A stretch of DNA of 40,000 nucleotides from Aphanothece sacrum FPU1. Lineage in GTDB: Bacteria; Cyanobacteriota; Cyanobacteriia; Cyanobacteriales; Microcystaceae. Below the pieces are notes generated by a model. That model was given only the letters and a program-made list of their open reading frames with translations. It was not told the DNA's origin and did no database searches. The first letter of the stretch is position 1. Each line of letters starts with the position of its first letter. The DNA lies in NCBI RefSeq assembly GCF_003864295.1, contig NZ_BDQK01000001.1, forward strand, positions 440,676-480,675, written 5' to 3'. Both the position numbers and the translations under genes were made by a program. Below are positions 36,285 to 40,000 of this stretch, in pieces.

Positions 36285-36536
36285 ATGTTTACTCAAACTT
36301 TTACCGTGGAATCTTCTGCCTTAAATCTACTCAAAGAAAAAGAAAAAGGCATTATCACACAATTTCGCAAAAATGATGAACTTCTGCTCAAAAAACTTAT
36401 TGCTATGGGAATTATGCCAGGACTTTCTGTGACCATAGAACAACGATTTCCTTCATTTGTTATTAATATGAATGGCACTCGTCTGGCCATTGATCGTAAT
36501 CTAGCCCGTGCGATTTATGTCCGACGAACCCGATAG
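36285..36536 (+). CDS. feoA: FeoA
   Basis: 83 aa; the SH3-like FeoA pattern LIAMGIMPGLSVTIEQRFPSFVINMNGTRLAIDRNLARAIYV. The ATG directly follows the feoB stop. Confidence 0.85.
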   Translation: MFTQTFTVESSALNLLKEKEKGIITQFRKNDELLLKKLIAMGIMPGLSVTIEQRFPSFVINMNGTRLAIDRNLARAIYVRRTR

Positions 36537-36576
36537 GAAGTAACGCAAAAATAACATTGAGGGGAGAATTATTTTA

Positions 36577-37392
36577 ATGATACTAAACTGGCAAAAAGAT
36601 CACTCATTCTTAGCATTTTGCTTTGCTGTCCCCATTGCCTTATTAGGCGGGTTAATGGGGTTAGGAGGTGCAGAATTTCGCTTGCCAGTATTAGCAGGGC
36701 CATTAGGATATTCTGCTCGTCAGTCAGTGCCTCTCAACTTAGCAGTTAGTTTAGTGACAATTATCATTTCTCTGCTAATTCGTGGCAAAATTTTATCATT
36801 AGCTGTAGTTATTCCTTATAGCCCAATTCTCATATTTTTAATTATTGGCGCAGTCATTATGGCTTTTTTTGGGGCAAGTTGGTCAAAAAAAATCTCTAAT
36901 GAAAGTCTTGAAAAAGTCATTTTAGTCTTGCTAATTATGATTGGTTGTGCTTTAATAATAGAAGGATTCCTCCCTGAATCTTTAGCCGCCCTTGTCCCTG
37001 GTGTCCCAGGAGTACAGGTAGCAGTTGCTTTAATTTGTGGCTTAGGCATTGGGTTAGTCAGTAGCTTATTAGGAGTCGCTGGCGGAGAGTTAATTATTCC
37101 TACTCTTATCTTTGGCTTTGGACTAGATATCAAAATTGCAGGAACGGGAAGTCTATTAGTCAGTTTACCTACCGTAATAGTTGGTTTACTACGCTACAAC
37201 AGTCAAGGGGCATTTGCTGATACTCTCCCCCTCAAACAAACGGTATTACCAATGAGTTTTGGTTCCTTCATTGGGGCAATATTGGGAGGTCTGCTAGTGG
37301 GAATAATTTCGGCTTCAGCCTTAAAAATTATTCTAGGGGTGATTTTAAATTTGGCCGCCCTAAAAGTTTTTCTTCATATTAAGCCTAAATAG
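36577..37392 (+). CDS. TauE/SafE (DUF81) family anion exporter-like membrane protein
   Basis: 271 aa and polytopic, with duplicated LGVAGGEL / LGGAEFRLPVL motifs typical of TauE/SafE. Confidence 0.75.
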   Translation: MILNWQKDHSFLAFCFAVPIALLGGLMGLGGAEFRLPVLAGPLGYSARQSVPLNLAVSLVTIIISLLIRGKILSLAVVIPYSPILIFLIIGAVIMAFFGASWSKKISNESLEKVILVLLIMIGCALIIEGFLPESLAALVPGVPGVQVAVALICGLGIGLVSSLLGVAGGELIIPTLIFGFGLDIKIAGTGSLLVSLPTVIVGLLRYNSQGAFADTLPLKQTVLPMSFGSFIGAILGGLLVGIISASALKIILGVILNLAALKVFLHIKPK

Positions 37393-37621
37393 TTTTTCAT
37401 CTTAAGTTTTTTTCAGTGACATTAACATGGGGAATTGCTATTGTCTACACATTCTAAAAAATACCAATCTCGATAGTTTTAAGGTCACACCGTCGCCACA
37501 CCACCTAACAGAATTCAAGAGGCTTCATAACCCTTGGATAAAACTCGTTAGTCACCCTAAATAAGATGACTAGCGATCGCTAAATCAAACGAAAAACCAT
37601 CCTCAAACAAGGAGAACACTT

Positions 37622-37912
37622 ATGGCAAGTTTAAGCGGTTTAACCTTTGGTAAATTAGATTGGATTCCTAAATTTGTTCAGTCCATTAATAAAGATAATT
37701 GTCTTGGTTGTGGACGGTGTTTTAAAGTCTGTGGCCATAAAGTATTGCAATTAATGGCACTCAATGAAGACGGAGAATTCGTCGATGAAGATGAAGATGA
37801 AATCGAACGTAAAGTTATGGTAGTAGCCAATCAAAATAATTGTATTGGTTGTGAAGCCTGCGCTCGTATTTGCCCCAAAAATTGCTACACTCACGCGCCC
37901 TTACCCGCCTAG
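37622..37912 (+). CDS. fdxB: nif-type 2x[4Fe-4S] ferredoxin III (FdxB-like)
   Basis: [16 protein letters not shown] and [15 protein letters not shown] motifs separated by an acidic insert (DEDEDE), as in nif-specific ferredoxin III. Confidence 0.8.
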   Translation: MASLSGLTFGKLDWIPKFVQSINKDNCLGCGRCFKVCGHKVLQLMALNEDGEFVDEDEDEIERKVMVVANQNNCIGCEACARICPKNCYTHAPLPA

Positions 37913-37938
37913 TAAATGTAGTCAATTTTTCTGGTTTG

Positions 37939-37973
37939 GGTTGCGCCAAAGCGCAACCTAATTTTATTTTTTC
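37939..37973 (+). terminator. Rho-independent terminator after fdxB
   Basis: GGTTGCGC-caaa-GCGCAACC stem followed by TAATTTTATTTTTT. Confidence 0.8.
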
Positions 37974-37987
37974 TTAAGTCTAATCGA

Positions 37988-38446
37988 ATGGATGATCTAC
38001 CCCAAGAAGTTAAACAATTATTACTCAAAGCGGCTGAAAATTGGGAAAATACAGACTTATCAGAGCATTATATTGAGCAAGCATTACATCAAGCTGGCGA
38101 TAATCTTGATGTGTTGATCGGAGCTTATCGTTTCTTCTTTTATAAGAATAAACCTACTATTGCCTTAACAATAGCTAAAAAAGTCTTAAATATCATCCAA
38201 GAAAGCGAAAAGCTACCTATAGAATGGAGCCAACTTCATCTGATTTTAGCTAATCGTCAGGATGAATCATTAATTCGGCTGTATATTAATGCTTATGCGG
38301 CTCAGGGGTTTATTTTAGCTAAATTAGGACAACTTGAAGCAGCTAAATTAATCACCCAAAGGGTAAAAGAAATTGATCACCATCGAGAATCTTGTGCCAC
38401 AACTGTATTTGACGTTTTAACAGCAACACCCGACCAAGACGACTAA
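37988..38446 (+). CDS. Hypothetical helical (TPR-like) protein
   Basis: 152-aa ORF, helical-repeat-like. No family recognised. Confidence 0.5.
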   Translation: MDDLPQEVKQLLLKAAENWENTDLSEHYIEQALHQAGDNLDVLIGAYRFFFYKNKPTIALTIAKKVLNIIQESEKLPIEWSQLHLILANRQDESLIRLYINAYAAQGFILAKLGQLEAAKLITQRVKEIDHHRESCATTVFDVLTATPDQDD

Positions 38447-38479
38447 AAATTTAACGCTTTATTCAGGAGAAATATTCCC

Positions 38480-38734
38480 ATGACACAAACACGTAAAGAT
38501 CAATATTTTGCCCTAATTGATCAATTAATTCGTTGTCCCAATGGACAAGAACCTGATGTTTTAACGGCTAATTCGGAATTATTGGATGCAGATTTTATTC
38601 AATCTTTGATGCAAGTTGCTACCATGATGGCCCATGAAAATAACCCTGATGGAGCTAAATTTTTAATCTATATTGCTCGTCAATTATCTAAAGAATTAGG
38701 ATTATATCCTGAAGTAGCTAATCAAATTTCATAG
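38480..38734 (+). CDS. Small hypothetical protein resembling the N-terminal module of cyanobacterial TPR/CHAT proteins
   Basis: 84 aa. The LIDQLIRCPNGQEPDVLTANSELLDADFIQSLMQVATMMAHENNPDGAKFLIYIARQL pattern recurs at the N-termini of large cyanobacterial repeat proteins, from recollection only. GGAGA upstream of the ATG. Confidence 0.5.
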   Translation: MTQTRKDQYFALIDQLIRCPNGQEPDVLTANSELLDADFIQSLMQVATMMAHENNPDGAKFLIYIARQLSKELGLYPEVANQIS

Positions 38735-38747
38735 TATAAAGTAAGCC

Positions 38748-38771
38748 AGACAGTGAATTAATTCACTGTCT
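38748..38771. terminator. Perfect 24-bp palindrome between convergent genes (AGACAGTGAATTAATTCACTGTCT)
   Basis: Read directly. Lies between the stops at 38734 (+) and 38799 (-), so it is a candidate bidirectional terminator. The T-tracts are weak. Confidence 0.5.
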
Positions 38772-38798
38772 AGATAGTCGTACTTTTATTAATGTTCA

Positions 38799-40000
38799 CT
38801 ATATTCTGTTCAGATAAGTTTGTATTTTTTGAACTAGGATTTGAACATAAGGGTCTTTAAATAAGGTGTGATGATATCCAGGAATTTCTTGAATTTCCAC
38901 GCCTTCTGTCACTAAACTTTCTAATTGGGATGAGTGCAGTAAACGATATTCTTGGGAGATAAATAAGGTAACTTTTCCTGAATAAGACTGAGGAGAATAT
39001 TGGTTTCGTGCTAACTCAAAAGCATTAAGTAGTCTCACATCTTCAATATAGCGAGGTAAGGGTTTATTATTGTTAGAAAATAGTTGTCCTTGCCAATATC
39101 TTAAACGAATTATCCATTTTTCTTTTGTCCAAAAAAGTTTATTTTTAAACATTTCTACTAGATAATTTATTCCAAATTGACGAAGATTATACCAATGGAA
39201 ATAAATGCCAATATCCTGCTGTCCCCAAATAGCATCAATAAAACCTAAGAAAGCTATCTTTTCTCCATTTGCTTGTAGTTGTTGCGCCATTTCAAAGGTC
39301 AAAAATGAATCTGCACAGTAAGTTATCAGAAAATAAGGGCCATGGGGTTGAATAGTTTGCATATCTTCAATGAATTTAGCAGCAATATCTTTTAATTTTA
39401 AAGAATTAACTTGAGGTTTTAAAAATCCTGTAATTCCCAAAATATTAAGAATATAAAAAGGTTGATTTTTGTCTAAATAATCCCCGATTTTTTGGGCTTG
39501 ACGAATTGAATTTATGAAAAATAATGGGAAATTATTCCCTTGATTTTTAATAGTAACAACAGAAGATTCTTGGATCATATTTTCCTGATTTTTAATTTGT
39601 TTTACAAGACTTTCAACTGTTGGTGTTTGTAAGAAGTTTGACAGAGGAAGATTAATATTAAATTCTTGCTCAATTTTTGCTAATATACGCATAGCTAAAA
39701 GGGAATGTCCTCCTAAATCAAAAAAGTTATCTTGTAGACTAATTGAATTACTGTTTAGGACTTGTTCCCAGATATTAACTAAGCGTAATTCTAATTCAGT
39801 TTGAGGTTTAATATGTATTTCAGACGTTTTTGAGGATATTGAATTAGAGGGAAATGTCAAAGTATCATAATTTATTTTACCATTAAAAGTTACAAAAGAA
39901 TTTTGCTCTTTTTTTATTGATAAACATACATGATCAATGTTTTGTGTTGGATAATTAACAATTTCTTGTAATAAAAATTTAAAATGTTTAATAAATTCCT
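38799..40000 (-). CDS. NRPS terminal region: end of upstream domain, peptidyl carrier protein, thioesterase (5' part outside window)
   Basis: The frame stays open from 39860 up to base 40000, so the track's TTG start is internal. PCP core FFDLGGHSLLAMRI. The C-terminal alpha/beta-hydrolase TE carries the GYHHTLF His motif. Confidence 0.8.
   Translation of the reverse strand, partial: EFIKHFKFLLQEIVNYPTQNIDHVCLSIKKEQNSFVTFNGKINYDTLTFPSNSISSKTSEIHIKPQTELELRLVNIWEQVLNSNSISLQDNFFDLGGHSLLAMRILAKIEQEFNINLPLSNFLQTPTVESLVKQIKNQENMIQESSVVTIKNQGNNFPLFFINSIRQAQKIGDYLDKNQPFYILNILGITGFLKPQVNSLKLKDIAAKFIEDMQTIQPHGPYFLITYCADSFLTFEMAQQLQANGEKIAFLGFIDAIWGQQDIGIYFHWYNLRQFGINYLVEMFKNKLFWTKEKWIIRLRYWQGQLFSNNNKPLPRYIEDVRLLNAFELARNQYSPQSYSGKVTLFISQEYRLLHSSQLESLVTEGVEIQEIPGYHHTLFKDPYVQILVQKIQTYLNRI

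Overview
AT-rich cyanobacterial DNA, judged from HIP1 GCGATCGC sites (e.g. 2075-2082, 2768-2775, 10289-10296) and STRR-like heptamer arrays. From about 11.5 kb to 38 kb the window is a complete Mo-nitrogenase (nif) cluster with two divergent arms around a ~980-bp spacer. Minus arm: cysE(nifP), orf92, DUF2949-like, nifV, nifZ, nifT, Trx-like [2Fe-2S] protein, (MITE), ArsC-like nitrogenase-associated protein, cysC. Plus arm: nifB, a 64-aa ORF, fdxN, nifS, nifU, nifH, nifD, nifK, nifE, nifN, nifX, DUF269, DUF683, nifW, hesA, hesB, fdxH, two unknown ORFs, feoB (split into two ORFs), feoA, tauE-like, fdxB, two small ORFs. nifD and fdxN are uninterrupted, so there are no heterocyst-type excision elements. 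The order matches what I recall for unicellular Cyanothece/Crocosphaera-type clusters, which cannot be verified here. The left 11 kb holds unrelated genes: AAA-like ATPase fragment, TM-TPR-PBP protein, large lipoprotein, ATP-grasp ligase, CpcD-like protein, PiT-like membrane protein, Nudix, FGGY kinase, DUF92. The right edge is the 3' end of an NRPS (PCP-TE). The most unusual content is non-genic. (1) Almost every nif intergenic spacer is filled with heptanucleotide tandem arrays of several families, often as inverted, partly complementary arms, including G-quadruplex-type arrays between nifE and nifN. (2) A 191-bp MITE is present in two inverted copies with perfect 8-bp target-site duplications, and one copy rewrote a gene's C-terminus. 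(3) A 41-bp tandem repeat recreates a promoter-like motif and a mini-ORF at each junction. (4) GC-rich perfect palindromes bracket cysC. No tRNA, rRNA or CRISPR array was recognised by eye.
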